Positions 26,785 to 42,199 of a stretch of DNA of 64,000 nucleotides are shown here, one piece after another. The translations under genes were made by a program, and so were the position numbers. Below the pieces are notes generated by a model that was not told the origin of the DNA, did no database searches, and saw only the letters and a list, made by a program, of their open reading frames with translations. How positions within the stretch are numbered: the first letter of the stretch is position 1; each line of letters starts with the position of its first letter. The DNA comes from Eledone cirrhosa (taxonomy: Eukaryota): positions 38,750,001 through 38,814,000 of the forward strand of contig OZ024758.1 of NCBI GenBank assembly GCA_964016885.1. The letters run 5' to 3'.

Positions 26785-29700
26785 GGTGAGAATTCATTTA
26801 AGTTCATGGTATTAGTTTGTCAGAAGTAACTCCACTGTTGGTGAGATTTCATTTAAGTCATGGTATTAGTTGTCAGAAGTAACTCCAATGTTGGTGAGAA
26901 TTCATTTAAGTCATGGTACTAGCTGTCAGAAGTAACTCCAATGTTGGTGAGAATTCATTTAAGTTCATGGTATTAGCTGTCAGAAGGAACTCCACTTTTG
27001 GTGAGAATTCATTTAAGTTCATGGTATTAGCTGTCAGAAGTAACTCCACTGTTGGTGAGAATTCATTTAAGTTCATGGTACTAGCTGTCAGAAGTAACTC
27101 CACTGTTGGTGAGAATTCATTTCAGTTCATGGTATTAGCTGTCAGAAGTCACTCCAATGTTGGTGAGAATTCATTTGAGTTCATGGTATTAGCTGTCAGA
27201 AGTAACTCCACTGTTGGTGAGAATTCATTTAAGTTCATGGTATTAGCTGTCAGAAGTAACTCCACTGTTGGTGAGAATTCATTTAAGTTCATGGTATTAG
27301 CTGTCAGAAGTAACTCCACTGTTGGTGAGAATTCATTTAAGTTCATGGTATTAGCTGTCAGAAGGAACTCCAATGTTGGTGAGAATTCATTTAAGTCATG
27401 GTACTAGCTGTCAGAAGTAACTCCACTGTTGGTGAGAATTCATTTAAGTTCATGGTATTAGCTGTCAGAAGGAACGCCGCTGTTGGTGAGAATTCATTTA
27501 AGTTCATGGTATTAGCTGTCAGAAGTAACTCCACTGTTGGTGAGAATTCATTTAAGTTCATGGTACTAGCTGTCAGAAGTATCTCCAATGTTGGTGAGAA
27601 TTCATTTAAGTTCATGGTATTAGCTGTCAGAAGGAACTCCACTGTTGGTGAGAATTCATTTAAGTTCATGGTATTAGCTGTCAGAAGTAACTCCACTGTT
27701 GGTGAGAATTCATTTAAGTTCATGGTATTAGCTGTCAGAAGTAACTCCACTGTTGGTGAGAATTCATTTAAGTTCATGGTACTAGCTGTCAGAAGTCACT
27801 CCAATGTTGGTGAGAATTCATTTAAGTTCATGGTATTAGCTGTCAGAAGTAACTCCACTGTTGGTGAGAATTCATTTAAGTTCATGGTACTAGCTGTCAG
27901 AAGTAACCCCAATGTTGGTGAGAATTCATTTAAGTTCATGGTATTAGCTGTCAGAAGTCACTCCAATGTTGGTGAGAATTCATTTAAGTTCATGGTATTA
28001 GCTGTCAGAAGTCACTCCACTGTTGGTGAGAATTCATTTAAGTTCATGGTACTAGCTGTCAGAAGTAACCCCAATGTTGGTGAGAATTCATTTAAGTTCA
28101 TGGTATTAGCTGTCAGAAGTCACTCCAATGTTGGTGAGAATTCATTTAAGTTCATGGTATTAGCTGTCAGAAGTAACTCCACTGTTGGTGAGAATCCATT
28201 TAAGTTCATGGTATTAGCTGTCAGAAGTAACCCCACTGTTGGTGAGAATTCATTTAAGTTCATGGTATTAGCTGTCAGAAGGAACTCCAATGTTGGTGAG
28301 AATTCATTTAAGTCATGGTACTAGCTGTCAGAAGTAACTCCACTGTTGGTGAGAATTCATTTAAGTTCATGGTATTAGCTGTCAGAAGGAACGCCACTGT
28401 TGGTGAGAATTCATTTAAGTTCATGGTATTAGCTGTCAGAAGTAACTCCACTGTTGGTGAGAATTCATTTAAGTTCATGGTACTAGCTGTCAGAAGTAAC
28501 TCCAATGTTGGTGAGAATTCATTTAATTTCATGGTATTAGCTGTCAGAAGGAACTCCACTGTTGGTGAGAATTCATTTAAGTTCATGGTATTAGCTGTCA
28601 GAAGTAACTCCACTGTTGGTGAGAATTCATTTATGTTCATGGTACTAGTTGTCAGAAGTAACTCCACTGTTGGTGAGAATTCATTTAAGTTCATGGTATT
28701 AGTTGTCAGAAGTAACTCCACTGTTGGTGAGAATTCATTTAAGTCATGGTATTAGTTGTCAGAAGTAACTCCAATGTTGGTGAGAATTCATTTAAGTTCA
28801 TGGTACTAGCTGTCAGAAGTAACTCCACTGTTGGTGAGAATTCATTTAAGTTCATGGTATTAGCTGTCAGAAGTAACTCCACTGTTGGTGAGAATTCATT
28901 TAAGTCATGGTATTAGCTGTCAGAACTAACTCCATTGTTGGTGAGAATTCATTTAAGTCATGGTACTAGCTGTCAGAAGTAACTCCACTGTTGGTGAGAA
29001 TTCATTTAAGTTCATGGTATTAGCTGTCAGAAGGAACGCCACTGTTGGTGAGAATTCATTTAAGTTCATGGTATTAGCTGTCAGAAGTAACTCCACTGTT
29101 GGTGAGAATTCATTTAAGTTCATGGTACTAGCTGTCAGAAGTAACTCCAATGTTGGTGAGAATTCATTTAAGTTCATGGTATTAGCTGTCAGAAGGAACT
29201 CCACTGTTGGTGAGAATTCATTTAAGTTCATGGTATTAGCTGTCAGAAGTAACTCCACTGTTGGTGAGAATTCATTTAAGTTCATGGTATTAGTTGTCAG
29301 AAGTAACTCCACTGTTGGTGAGAATTCATTTAAGTCATGGTATTAGTTGTCAGAAGTAACTCCAATGTTGGTGAGAATTCATTTAAGTTCATGGTACTAG
29401 CTGTCAGAAGTAACTCCACTGTTGGTGAGAATTCATTTAAGTTCATGGTATTAGCTGTCAGAAGTCACTCCAATGTTGGTGAGAATTCATTTAAGTTCAT
29501 GGTATTAGCTGTCAGAAGTAACTCCACTGTTGGTGAGAATTCATTTAAGTTCATGGTATTAGCTGTCAGAAGTAACTCCACTGTTGGTGAGAATTCATTT
29601 AAGTTCATGGTATTAGCTGTCAGAAGTAACTCCACTGTTGGTGAGAATTCATTTAAGTTCATGGTATTAGCTGTCAGAAGTCACTCCAATGTTGGTGAGA

Positions 29701-32700
29701 ATTCATTTAAGTTCATGGTATTAGCTGTCAGAAGTAACTCCACTGTTGGTGAGAATTCATTTAAGTTCATGGTATTAGCTGTCAGAAGTAACTCCACTGT
29801 TGGTGAGAATTCATTTAAGTCATGGTATTAGCTGTCAGATGTAACTCCATCGTTGGTGAGAATTCATTTAAGTCATGGTACTAGCTGTCAGAAGTAACTC
29901 CACTGTTGGTGAGAATTCATGTAAGTTCATGGTATTAGCTGTCAGAAGGAACTCCACTGTTGGTGAGAATTCATTTAAGTTCATGGTACTAGCTGTCAGA
30001 AGTAACTCCACTGTTGGTGAGAATTCATTTAAGTTCATGGTATTAGCTGTCAGAAGTAACTCCACTGTTGGTGAGAATTCATTTAAGTTCATGGTATTAG
30101 CTGTCAGAAGTAACTCCACTGTTGGTGAGAATTCATTTAAGTTCATGGTATTAGCTGTCAGAAGTAACTCCACTGTTGGTGAGAATTCATTTAAGTCATG
30201 GTACTAGCTGTCAGAAGTAACTCCACTGTTGGTGAGAATTCATTTAAGTTCATGGTATTAGCTGTCAGAAGGAACGCCACTGTTGGTGAGAATTCATTTA
30301 AGTTCATGGTATTAGCTGTCAGAAGTAACTCCACTGTTGGTGAGAATTCATTTAAGTTCATGGTACTAGCTGTCAGAAGTAACCCCAATGTTGGTGAGAA
30401 TTCATTTAAGTTTATGGTATTAGCTGTCAGAAGTCACTCCAATGTTGGTGAGAATTCATTTAAGTTCACGGTATTAGCTGTCAGAAGTAACTCCACTGTT
30501 GGTGAGAATTCATTTAAGTTCATGGTATTAGCTGTCAGAAGTAACTCCACTGTTGGTGAGAATTCATTTAAGTTCATGGTATTAGTTTGTCAGAAGTAAC
30601 TCCACTGTTGGTGAGAATTCATTTAAGTCATGGTATTAGTTGTCAGAAGTAACTCCAATGTTGGTGAGAATTCATTTAAGTTCATGGTATTAGCTGTCAG
30701 AAGTAACTCCACTGTTGGTGAGAATTCATTTAAGTTCATGGTATTAGCTGTCAGAAGTAACTCCACTGTTGGTGAGAATTCATTTAAGTTCATGGTATTA
30801 GCTGTCAGAAGTAACTCCACTGTTGGTGAGAATTCATTTAAGTTCATGGTACTAGCTGTCAGAAGTCACTCCAATGTTGGTGAGAATTCATTTAAGTTCA
30901 TGGTATTAGCTGTCAGAAGTAACTCCACTGTTGGTGAGAATTCATTTAAGTTCATGGTACTAGCTGTCAGAAGTAACCCCAATGTTGGTGAGAATTCATT
31001 TAAGTTCATGGTATTAGCTGTCAGAAGTCACTCCAATGTTGGTGAGAATTCATTTAAGTTCATGGTATTAGCTGTCAGAAGTCACTCCACTGTTGGTGAG
31101 AATTCATTTAAGTTCATGGTACTAGCTGTCAGAAGTAACCCCAATGTTGGTGAGAATTCATTTAAGTTCATGGTATTAGCTGTCAGAAGTCACTCCAATG
31201 TTGGTGAGAATTCATTTAAGTTCATGGTATTAGCTGTCAGAAGTAACTCCACTGTTGGTGAGAATCCATTTAAGTTCATGGTATTAGCTGTCAGAAGTAA
31301 CCCCACTGTTGGTGAGAATTCATTTAAGTTCATGGTATTAGCTGTCAGAAGGAACTCCAATGTTGGTGAGAATTCATTTAAGTCATGGTACTAGCTGTCA
31401 GAAGTAACTCCACTGTTGGTGAGAATTCATTTAAGTTCATGGTATTAGCTGTCAGAAGGAACGCCACTGTTGGTGAGAATTCATTTAAGTTCATGGTATT
31501 AGCTGTCAGAAGTAACTCCACTGTTGGTGAGAATTCATTTAAGTTCATGGTACTAGCTGTCAGAAGTAACTCCAATGTTGGTGAGAATTCATTTAATTTC
31601 ATGGTATTAGCTGTCAGAAGGAACTCCACTGTTGGTGAGAATTCATTTAAGTTCATGGTATTAGCTGTCAGAAGTAACTCCACTGTTGGTGAGAATTCAT
31701 TTATGTTCATGGTACTAGTTGTCAGAAGTAACTCCACTGTTGGTGAGAATTCATTTAAGTTCATGGTATTAGTTGTCAGAAGTAACTCCACTGTTGGTGA
31801 GAATTCATTTAAGTCATGGTATTAGTTGTCAGAAGTAACTCCAATGTTGGTGAGAATTCATTTAAGTTCATGGTACTAGCTGTCAGAAGTAACTCCACTG
31901 TTGGTGAGAATTCATTTAAGTTCATGGTATTAGCTGTCAGAAGTAACTCCACTGTTGGTGAGAATTCATTTAAGTCATGGTATTAGCTGTCAGAACTAAC
32001 TCCATTGTTGGTGAGAATTCATTTAAGTCATGGTACTAGCTGTCAGAAGTAACTCCACTGTTGGTGAGAATTCATTTAAGTTCATGGTATTAGCTGTCAG
32101 AAGGAACGCCACTGTTGGTGAGAATTCATTTAAGTTCATGGTATTAGCTGTCAGAAGTAACTCCACTGTTGGTGAGAATTCATTTAAGTTCATGGTACTA
32201 GCTGTCAGAAGTAACTCCAATGTTGGTGAGAATTCATTTAAGTTCATGGTATTAGCTGTCAGAAGGAACTCCACTGTTGGTGAGAATTCATTTAAGTTCA
32301 TGGTATTAGCTGTCAGAAGTAACTCCACTGTTGGTGAGAATTCATTTAAGTTCATGGTATTAGTTGTCAGAAGTAACTCCACTGTTGGTGAGAATTCATT
32401 TAAGTCATGGTATTAGTTGTCAGAAGTAACTCCAATGTTGGTGAGAATTCATTTAAGTTCATGGTACTAGCTGTCAGAAGTAACTCCACTGTTGGTGAGA
32501 ATTCATTTAAGTTCATGGTATTAGCTGTCAGAAGTCACTCCAATGTTGGTGAGAATTCATTTAAGTTCATGGTATTAGCTGTCAGAAGTAACTCCACTGT
32601 TGGTGAGAATTCATTTAAGTTCATGGTATTAGCTGTCAGAAGTAACTCCACTGTTGGTGAGAATTCATTTAAGTTCATGGTATTAGCTGTCAGAAGTAAC

Positions 32701-35700
32701 TCCACTGTTGGTGAGAATTCATTTAAGTTCATGGTATTAGCTGTCAGAAGTCACTCCAATGTTGGTGAGAATTCATTTAAGTTCACGGTATTAGCTGTCA
32801 GAAGTAACTCCACTGTTGGTGAGAATTCATTTAAGTTCATGGTATTAGCTGTCAGAAGTAACTCCACTGTTGGTGAGAATTCATTTAAGTTCATGGTATT
32901 AGTTTGTCAGAAGTAACTCCACTGTTGGTGAGAATTCATTTAAGTCATGGTATTAGTTGTCAGAAGTAACTCCAATGTTGGTGAGAATTCATTTAAGTTC
33001 ATGGTATTAGCTGTCAGAAGTAACTCCACTGTTGGTGAGAATTCATTTAAGTTCATGGTATTAGCTGTCAGAAGTAACTCCACTGTTGGTGAGAATTCAT
33101 TTAAGTTCATGGTATTAGCTGTCAGAAGTAACTCCACTGTTGGTGAGAATTCATTTAAGTTCATGGTACTAGCTGTCAGAAGTCACTCCAATGTTGGTGA
33201 GAATTCATTTAAGTTCATGGTATTAGCTGTCAGAAGTAACTCCACTGTTGGTGAGAATTCATTTAAGTTCATGGTACTAGCTGTCAGAAGTAACCCCAAT
33301 GTTGGTGAGAATTCATTTAAGTTCATGGTATTAGCTGTCAGAAGTCACTCCAATGTTGGTGAGAATTCATTTAAGTTCATGGTATTAGCTGTCAGAAGTC
33401 ACTCCACTGTTGGTGAGAATTCATTTAAGTTCATGGTACTAGCTGTCAGAAGTAACCCCAATGTTGGTGAGAATTCATTTAAGTTCATGGTATTAGCTGT
33501 CAGAAGTCACTCCAATGTTGGTGAGAATTCATTTAAGTTCATGGTATTAGCTGTCAGAAGTAACTCCACTGTTGGTGAGAATCCATTTAAGTTCATGGTA
33601 TTAGCTGTCAGAAGTAACCCCACTGTTGGTGAGAATTCATTTAAGTTCATGGTATTAGCTGTCAGAAGGAACTCCAATGTTGGTGAGAATTCATTTAAGT
33701 CATGGTACTAGCTGTCAGAAGTAACTCCACTGTTGGTGAGAATTCATTTAAGTTCATGGTATTAGCTGTCAGAAGGAACGCCACTGTTGGTGAGAATTCA
33801 TTTAAGTTCATGGTATTAGCTGTCAGAAGTAACTCCACTGTTGGTGAGAATTCATTTAAGTTCATGGTACTAGCTGTCAGAAGTAACTCCAATGTTGGTG
33901 AGAATTCATTTAAGTTCATGGTATTAGTTTGTCAGAAGTAACTCCACTGTTGGTGAGATTTCATTTAAGTCATGGTATTAGTTGTCAGAAGTAACTCCAA
34001 TGTTGGTGAGAATTCATTTAAGTCATGGTACTAGCTGTCAGAAGTAACTCCAATGTTGGTGAGAATTCATTTAAGTTCATGGTATTAGCTGTCAGAAGGA
34101 ACTCCACTTTTGGTGAGAATTCATTTAAGTTCATGGTATTAGCTGTCAGAAGTAACTCCACTGTTGGTGAGAATTCATTTAAGTTCATGGTACTAGCTGT
34201 CAGAAGTAACTCCACTGTTGGTGAGAATTCATTTCAGTTCATGGTATTAGCTGTCAGAAGTCACTCCAATGTTGGTGAGAATTCATTTGAGTTCATGGTA
34301 TTAGCTGTCAGAAGTAACTCCACTGTTGGTGAGAATTCATTTAAGTTCATGGTATTAGCTGTCAGAAGTAACTCCACTGTTGGTGAGAATTCATTTAAGT
34401 TCATGGTATTAGCTGTCAGAAGTAACTCCACTGTTGGTGAGAATTCATTTAAGTTCATGGTATTAGCTGTCAGAAGGAACTCCAATGTTGGTGAGAATTC
34501 ATTTAAGTCATGGTACTAGCTGTCAGAAGTAACTCCACTGTTGGTGAGAATTCATTTAAGTTCATGGTATTAGCTGTCAGAAGGAACGCCGCTGTTGGTG
34601 AGAATTCATTTAAGTTCATGGTATTAGCTGTCAGAAGTAACTCCACTGTTGGTGAGAATTCATTTAAGTTCATGGTACTAGCTGTCAGAAGTATCTCCAA
34701 TGTTGGTGAGAATTCATTTAAGTTCATGGTATTAGCTGTCAGAAGGAACTCCACTGTTGGTGAGAATTCATTTAAGTTCATGGTATTAGCTGTCAGAAGT
34801 AACTCCACTGTTGGTGAGAATTCATTTAAGTTCATGGTATTAGCTGTCAGAAGTAACTCCACTGTTGGTGAGAATTCATTTAAGTTCATGGTACTAGCTG
34901 TCAGAAGTCACTCCAATGTTGGTGAGAATTCATTTAAGTTCATGGTATTAGCTGTCAGAAGTAACTCCACTGTTGGTGAGAATTCATTTAAGTTCATGGT
35001 ACTAGCTGTCAGAAGTAACCCCAATGTTGGTGAGAATTCATTTAAGTTCATGGTATTAGCTGTCAGAAGTCACTCCAATGTTGGTGAGAATTCATTTAAG
35101 TTCATGGTATTAGCTGTCAGAAGTCACTCCACTGTTGGTGAGAATTCATTTAAGTTCATGGTACTAGCTGTCAGAAGTAACCCCAATGTTGGTGAGAATT
35201 CATTTAAGTTCATGGTATTAGCTGTCAGAAGTCACTCCAATGTTGGTGAGAATTCATTTAAGTTCATGGTATTAGCTGTCAGAAGTAACTCCACTGTTGG
35301 TGACAATCCATTTAAGTTCATGGTATTAGCTGTCAGAAGTAACCCCACTGTTGGTGAGAATTCATTTAAGTTCATGGTATTAGCTGTCAGAAGGAACTCC
35401 AATGTTGGTGAGAATTCATTTAAGTCATGGTACTAGCTGTCAGAAGTAACTCCACTGTTGGTGAGAATTCATTTAAGTTCATGGTATTAGCTGTCAGAAG
35501 GAACGCCACTGTTGGTGAGAATTCATTTAAGTTCATGGTATTAGCTGTCAGAAGTAACTCCACTGTTGGTGAGAATTCATTTAAGTTCATGGTACTAGCT
35601 GTCAGAAGTAACTCCAATGTTGGTGAGAATTCATTTAATTTCATGGTATTAGCTGTCAGAAGGAACTCCACTGTTGGTGAGAATTCATTTAAGTTCATGG

Positions 35701-38700
35701 TATTAGCTGTCAGAAGTAACTCCACTGTTGGTGAGAATTCATTTATGTTCATGGTACTAGTTGTCAGAAGTAACTCCACTGTTGGTGAGAATTCATTTAA
35801 GTTCATGGTATTAGTTGTCAGAAGTAACTCCACTGTTGGTGAGAATTCATTTAAGTCATGGTATTAGTTGTCAGAAGTAACTCCAATGTTGGTGAGAATT
35901 CATTTAAGTTCATGGTACTAGCTGTCAGAAGTAACTCCACTGTTGGTGAGAATTCATTTAAGTTCATGGTATTAGCTGTCAGAAGTAACTCCACTGTTGG
36001 TGAGAATTCATTTAAGTCATGGTATTAGCTGTCAGAACTAACTCCATTGTTGGTGAGAATTCATTTAAGTCATGGTACTAGCTGTCAGAAGTAACTCCAC
36101 TGTTGGTGAGAATTCATTTAAGTTCATGGTATTAGCTGTCAGAAGGAACGCCACTGTTGGTGAGAATTCATTTAAGTTCATGGTATTAGCTGTCAGAAGT
36201 AACTCCACTGTTGGTGAGAATTCATTTAAGTTCATGGTACTAGCTGTCAGAAGTAACTCCAATGTTGGTGAGAATTCATTTAAGTTCATGGTATTAGCTG
36301 TCAGAAGGAACTCCACTGTTGGTGAGAATTCATTTAAGTTCATGGTATTAGCTGTCAGAAGTAACTCCACTGTTGGTGAGAATTCATTTAAGTTCATGGT
36401 ATTAGTTGTCAGAAGTAACTCCACTGTTGGTGAGAATTCATTTAAGTCATGGTATTAGTTGTCAGAAGTAACTCCAATGTTGGTGAGAATTCATTTAAGT
36501 TCATGGTACTAGCTGTCAGAAGTAACTCCACTGTTGGTGAGAATTCATTTAAGTTCATGGTATTAGCTGTCAGAAGTCACTCCAATGTTGGTGAGAATTC
36601 ATTTAAGTTCATGGTATTAGCTGTCAGAAGTAACTCCACTGTTGGTGAGAATTCATTTAAGTTCATGGTATTAGCTGTCAGAAGTAACTCCACTGTTGGT
36701 GAGAATTCATTTAAGTTCATGGTATTAGCTGTCAGAAGTAACTCCACTGTTGGTGAGAATTCATTTAAGTTCATGGTATTAGCTGTCAGAAGTCACTCCA
36801 ATGTTGGTGAGAATTCATTTAAGTTCATGGTATTAGCTGTCAGAAGTAACTCCACTGTTGGTGAGAATTCATTTAAGTTCATGGTATTAGCTGTCAGAAG
36901 TAACTCCACTGTTGGTGAGAATTCATTTAAGTCATGGTATTAGCTGTCAGATGTAACTCCATTGTTGGTGAGAATTCATTTAAGTCATGGTACTAGCTGT
37001 CAGAAGTAACTCCACTGTTGGTGAGAATTCATGTAAGTTCATGGTATTAGCTGTCAGAAGGAACTCCACTGTTGGTGAGAATTCATTTAAGTTCATGGTA
37101 CTAGCTGTTAGAAGTAACTCCACTGTTGGTGAGAATTCATTTAAGTTCATGGTATTAGCTGTCAGAAGTAACTCCACTGTTGGTGAGAATTCATTTAAGT
37201 TCATGGTATTAGCTGTCAGAAGTAACTCCACTGTTGGTGAGAATTCATTTAAGTTCATGGTATTAGCTGTCAGAAGTAACTCCACTGTTGGTGAGAATTC
37301 ATTTAAGTCATGGTACTAGCTGTCAGAAGTAACTCCACTGTTGGTGAGAATTCATTTAAGTTCATGGTATTAGCTGTCAGAAGGAACGCCACTGTTGGTG
37401 AGAATTCATTTAAGTTCATGGTATTAGCTGTCAGAAGTAACTCCACTGTTGGTGAGAATTCATTTAAGTTCATGGTACTAGCTGTCAGAAGTAACCCCAA
37501 TGTTGGTGAGAATTCATTTAAGTTTATGGTATTAGCTGTCAGAAGTCACTCCAATGTTGGTGAGAATTCATTTAAGTTCACGGTATTAGCTGTCAGAAGT
37601 AACTCCACTGTTGGTGAGAATTCATTTAAGTTCATGGTATTAGCTGTCAGAAGTAACTCCACTGTTGGTGAGAATTCATTTAAGTTCATGGTATTAGTTT
37701 GTCAGAAGTAACTCCACTGTTGGTGAGAATTCATTTAAGTCATGGTATTAGTTGTCAGAAGTAACTCCAATGTTGGTGAGAATTCATTTAAGTTCATGGT
37801 ATTAGCTGTCAGAAGTAACTCCACTGTTGGTGAGAATTCATTTAAGTTCATGGTATTAGCTGTCAGAAGTAACTCCACTGTTGGTGAGAATTCATTTAAG
37901 TTCATGGTATTAGCTGTCAGAAGTAACTCCACTGTTGGTGAGAATTCATTTAAGTTCATGGTACTAGCTGTCAGAAGTCACTCCAATGTTGGTGAGAATT
38001 CATTTAAGTTCATGGTATTAGCTGTCAGAAGTAACTCCACTGTTGGTGAGAATTCATTTAAGTTCATGGTACTAGCTGTCAGAAGTAACCCCAATGTTGG
38101 TGAGAATTCATTTAAGTTCATGGTATTAGCTGTCAGAAGTCACTCCAATGTTGGTGAGAATTCATTTAAGTTCATGGTATTAGCTGTCAGAAGTCACTCC
38201 ACTGTTGGTGAGAATTCATTTAAGTTCATGGTACTAGCTGTCAGAAGTAACCCCAATGTTGGTGAGAATTCATTTAAGTTCATGGTATTAGCTGTCAGAA
38301 GTCACTCCAATGTTGGTGAGAATTCATTTAAGTTCATGGTATTAGCTGTCAGAAGTAACTCCACTGTTGGTGAGAATCCATTTAAGTTCATGGTATTAGC
38401 TGTCAGAAGTAACCCCACTGTTGGTGAGAATTCATTTAAGTTCATGGTATTAGCTGTCAGAAGGAACTCCAATGTTGGTGAGAATTCATTTAAGTCATGG
38501 TACTAGCTGTCAGAAGTAACTCCACTGTTGGTGAGAATTCATTTAAGTTCATGGTATTAGCTGTCAGAAGGAACGCCACTGTTGGTGAGAATTCATTTAA
38601 GTTCATGGTATTAGCTGTCAGAAGTAACTCCACTGTTGGTGAGAATTCATTTAAGTTCATGGTACTAGCTGTCAGAAGTAACTCCAATGTTGGTGAGAAT

Positions 38701-39697
38701 TCATTTAATTTCATGGTATTAGCTGTCAGAAGGAACTCCACTGTTGGTGAGAATTCATTTAAGTTCATGGTATTAGCTGTCAGAAGTAACTCCACTGTTG
38801 GTGAGAATTCATTTATGTTCATGGTACTAGTTGTCAGAAGTAACTCCACTGTTGGTGAGAATTCATTTAAGTTCATGGTATTAGTTGTCAGAAGTAACTC
38901 CACTGTTGGTGAGAATTCATTTAAGTCATGGTATTAGTTGTCAGAAGTAACTCCAATGTTGGTGAGAATTCATTTAAGTTCATGGTACTAGCTGTCAGAA
39001 GTAACTCCACTGTTGGTGAGAATTCATTTAAGTTCATGGTATTAGCTGTCAGAAGTAACTCCACTGTTGGTGAGAATTCATTTAAGTCATGGTATTAGCT
39101 GTCAGAACTAACTCCATTGTTGGTGAGAATTCATTTAAGTCATGGTACTAGCTGTCAGAAGTAACTCCACTGTTGGTGAGAATTCATTTAAGTTCATGGT
39201 ATTAGCTGTCAGAAGGAACGCCACTGTTGGTGAGAATTCATTTAAGTTCATGGTATTAGCTGTCAGAAGTAACTCCACTGTTGGTGAGAATTCATTTAAG
39301 TTCATGGTACTAGCTGTCAGAAGTAACTCCAATGTTGGTGAGAATTCATTTAAGTTCATGGTATTAGCTGTCAGAAGGAACTCCACTGTTGGTGAGAATT
39401 CATTTAAGTTCATGGTATTAGCTGTCAGAAGTAACTCCACTGTTGGTGAGAATTCATTTAAGTTCATGGTATTAGTTGTCAGAAGTAACTCCACTGTTGG
39501 TGAGAATTCATTTAAGTCATGGTATTAGTTGTCAGAAGTAACTCCAATGTTGGTGAGAATTCATTTAAGTTCATGGTACTAGCTGTCAGAAGTAACTCCA
39601 CTGTTGGTGAGAATTCATTTAAGTTCATGGTATTAGCTGTCAGAAGTCACTCCAATGTTGGTGAGAATTCATTTAAGTTCATGGTATTAGCTGTCAG
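26785..39697. repeat. Duplication of about 5.8 kb at offset 7112 (132 monomers): about 26785-32585 versus about 33897-39697
   Basis: Eleven consecutive plus-strand ORF starts are offset by exactly 7112 (26913/34025 through 32407/39519). Shared rare variants include gagatttc, ccactttt, tttcag, tttgag, aacgccgc and agtatctc. Confidence 0.93.
30630..33900. repeat. 2317-bp (43-monomer) higher-order unit, also recurring at about 40100-43000 and 46953-51360
   Basis: An offset of 2317 links 30630/32947, 31385/33702, 40327/42644, 46953/49270, 47708/50025, 48353/50670 and 48730/51047. Confidence 0.87.
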
Positions 39698-42199
39698 AAG
39701 TCACTCCAATGTTGGTGAGAATTCATTTAAGTTCATGGTATTAGCTGTCAGAAGTAACTCCACTGTTGGTGAGAATCCATTTAAGTTCATGGTATTAGCT
39801 GTCAGAAGTAACCCCACTGTTGGTGAGAATTCATTTAAGTTCATGGTATTAGCTGTCAGAAGGAACTCCAATGTTGGTGAGAATTCATTTAAGTCATGGT
39901 ACTAGCTGTCAGAAGTAACTCCACTGTTGGTGAGAATTCATTTAAGTTCATGGTATTAGCTGTCAGAAGGAACGCCACTGTTGGTGAGAATTCATTTAAG
40001 TTCATGGTATTAGCTGTCAGAAGTAACTCCACTGTTGGTGAGAATTCATTTAAGTTCATGGTACTAGCTGTCAGAAGTAACTCCAATGTTGGTGAGAATT
40101 CATTTAATTTCATGGTATTAGCTGTCAGAAGTCACTCCAATGTTGGTGAGAATTCATTTAAGTTCATGGTATTAGCTGTCAGAAGTAACTCCACTGTTGG
40201 TGAGAATCCATTTAAGTTCATGGTATTAGCTGTCAGAAGTAACCCCACTGTTGGTGAGAATTCATTTAAGTTCATGGTATTAGCTGTCAGAAGGAACTCC
40301 AATGTTGGTGAGAATTCATTTAAGTCATGGTACTAGCTGTCAGAAGTAACTCCACTGTTGGTGAGAATTCATTTAAGTTCATGGTATTAGCTGTCAGAAG
40401 GAACGCCACTGTTGGTGAGAATTCATTTAAGTTCATGGTATTAGCTGTCAGAAGTAACTCCACTGTTGGTGAGAATTCATTTAAGTTCATGGTACTAGCT
40501 GTCAGAAGTAACTCCAATGTTGGTGAGAATTCATTTAATTTCATGGTATTAGCTGTCAGAAGGAACTCCACTGTTGGTGAGAATTCATTTAAGTTCATGG
40601 TATTAGCTGTCAGAAGTAACTCCACTGTTGGTGAGAATTCATTTATGTTCATGGTACTAGTTGTCAGAAGTAACTCCACTGTTGGTGAGAATTCATTTAA
40701 GTTCATGGTATTAGTTGTCAGAAGTAACTCCACTGTTGGTGAGAATTCATTTAAGTCATGGTATTAGTTGTCAGAAGTAACTCCAATGTTGGTGAGAATT
40801 CATTTAAGTTCATGGTACTAGCTGTCAGAAGTAACTCCACTGTTGGTGAGAATTCATTTAAGTTCATGGTATTAGCTGTCAGAAGTAACTCCACTGTTGG
40901 TGAGAATTCATTTAAGTCATGGTATTAGCTGTCAGAACTAACTCCATTGTTGGTGAGAATTCATTTAAGTCATGGTACTAGCTGTCAGAAGTAACTCCAC
41001 TGTTGGTGAGAATTCATTTAAGTTCATGGTATTAGCTGTCAGAAGGAACGCCACTGTTGGTGAGAATTCATTTAAGTTCATGGTATTAGCTGTCAGAAGT
41101 AACTCCACTGTTGGTGAGAATTCATTTAAGTTCATGGTACTAGCTGTCAGAAGTAACTCCAATGTTGGTGAGAATTCATTTAAGTTCATGGTATTAGCTG
41201 TCAGAAGGAACTCCACTGTTGGTGAGAATTCATTTAAGTTCATGGTATTAGCTGTCAGAAGTAACTCCACTGTTGGTGAGAATTCATTTAAGTTCATGGT
41301 ATTAGTTGTCAGAAGTAACTCCACTGTTGGTGAGAATTCATTTAAGTCATGGTATTAGTTGTCAGAAGTAACTCCAATGTTGGTGAGAATTCATTTAAGT
41401 TCATGGTACTAGCTGTCAGAAGTAACTCCACTGTTGGTGAGAATTCATTTAAGTTCATGGTATTAGCTGTCAGAAGTCACTCCAATGTTGGTGAGAATTC
41501 ATTTAAGTTCATGGTATTAGCTGTCAGAAGTAACTCCACTGTTGGTGAGAATTCATTTAAGTTCATGGTATTAGCTGTCAGAAGTAACTCCACTGTTGGT
41601 GAGAATTCATTTAAGTTCATGGTATTAGCTGTCAGAAGTAACTCCACTGTTGGTGAGAATTCATTTAAGTTCATGGTATTAGCTGTCAGAAGTCACTCCA
41701 ATGTTGGTGAGAATTCATTTAAGTTCACGGTATTAGCTGTCAGAAGTAACTCCACTGTTGGTGAGAATTCATTTAAGTTCATGGTATTAGCTGTCAGAAG
41801 TAACTCCACTGTTGGTGAGAATTCATTTAAGTTCATGGTATTAGTTTGTCAGAAGTAACTCCACTGTTGGTGAGAATTCATTTAAGTCATGGTATTAGTT
41901 GTCAGAAGTAACTCCAATGTTGGTGAGAATTCATTTAAGTTCATGGTATTAGCTGTCAGAAGTAACTCCACTGTTGGTGAGAATTCATTTAAGTTCATGG
42001 TATTAGCTGTCAGAAGTAACTCCACTGTTGGTGAGAATTCATTTAAGTTCATGGTATTAGCTGTCAGAAGTAACTCCACTGTTGGTGAGAATTCATTTAA
42101 GTTCATGGTACTAGCTGTCAGAAGTCACTCCAATGTTGGTGAGAATTCATTTAAGTTCATGGTATTAGCTGTCAGAAGTAACTCCACTGTTGGTGAGAA

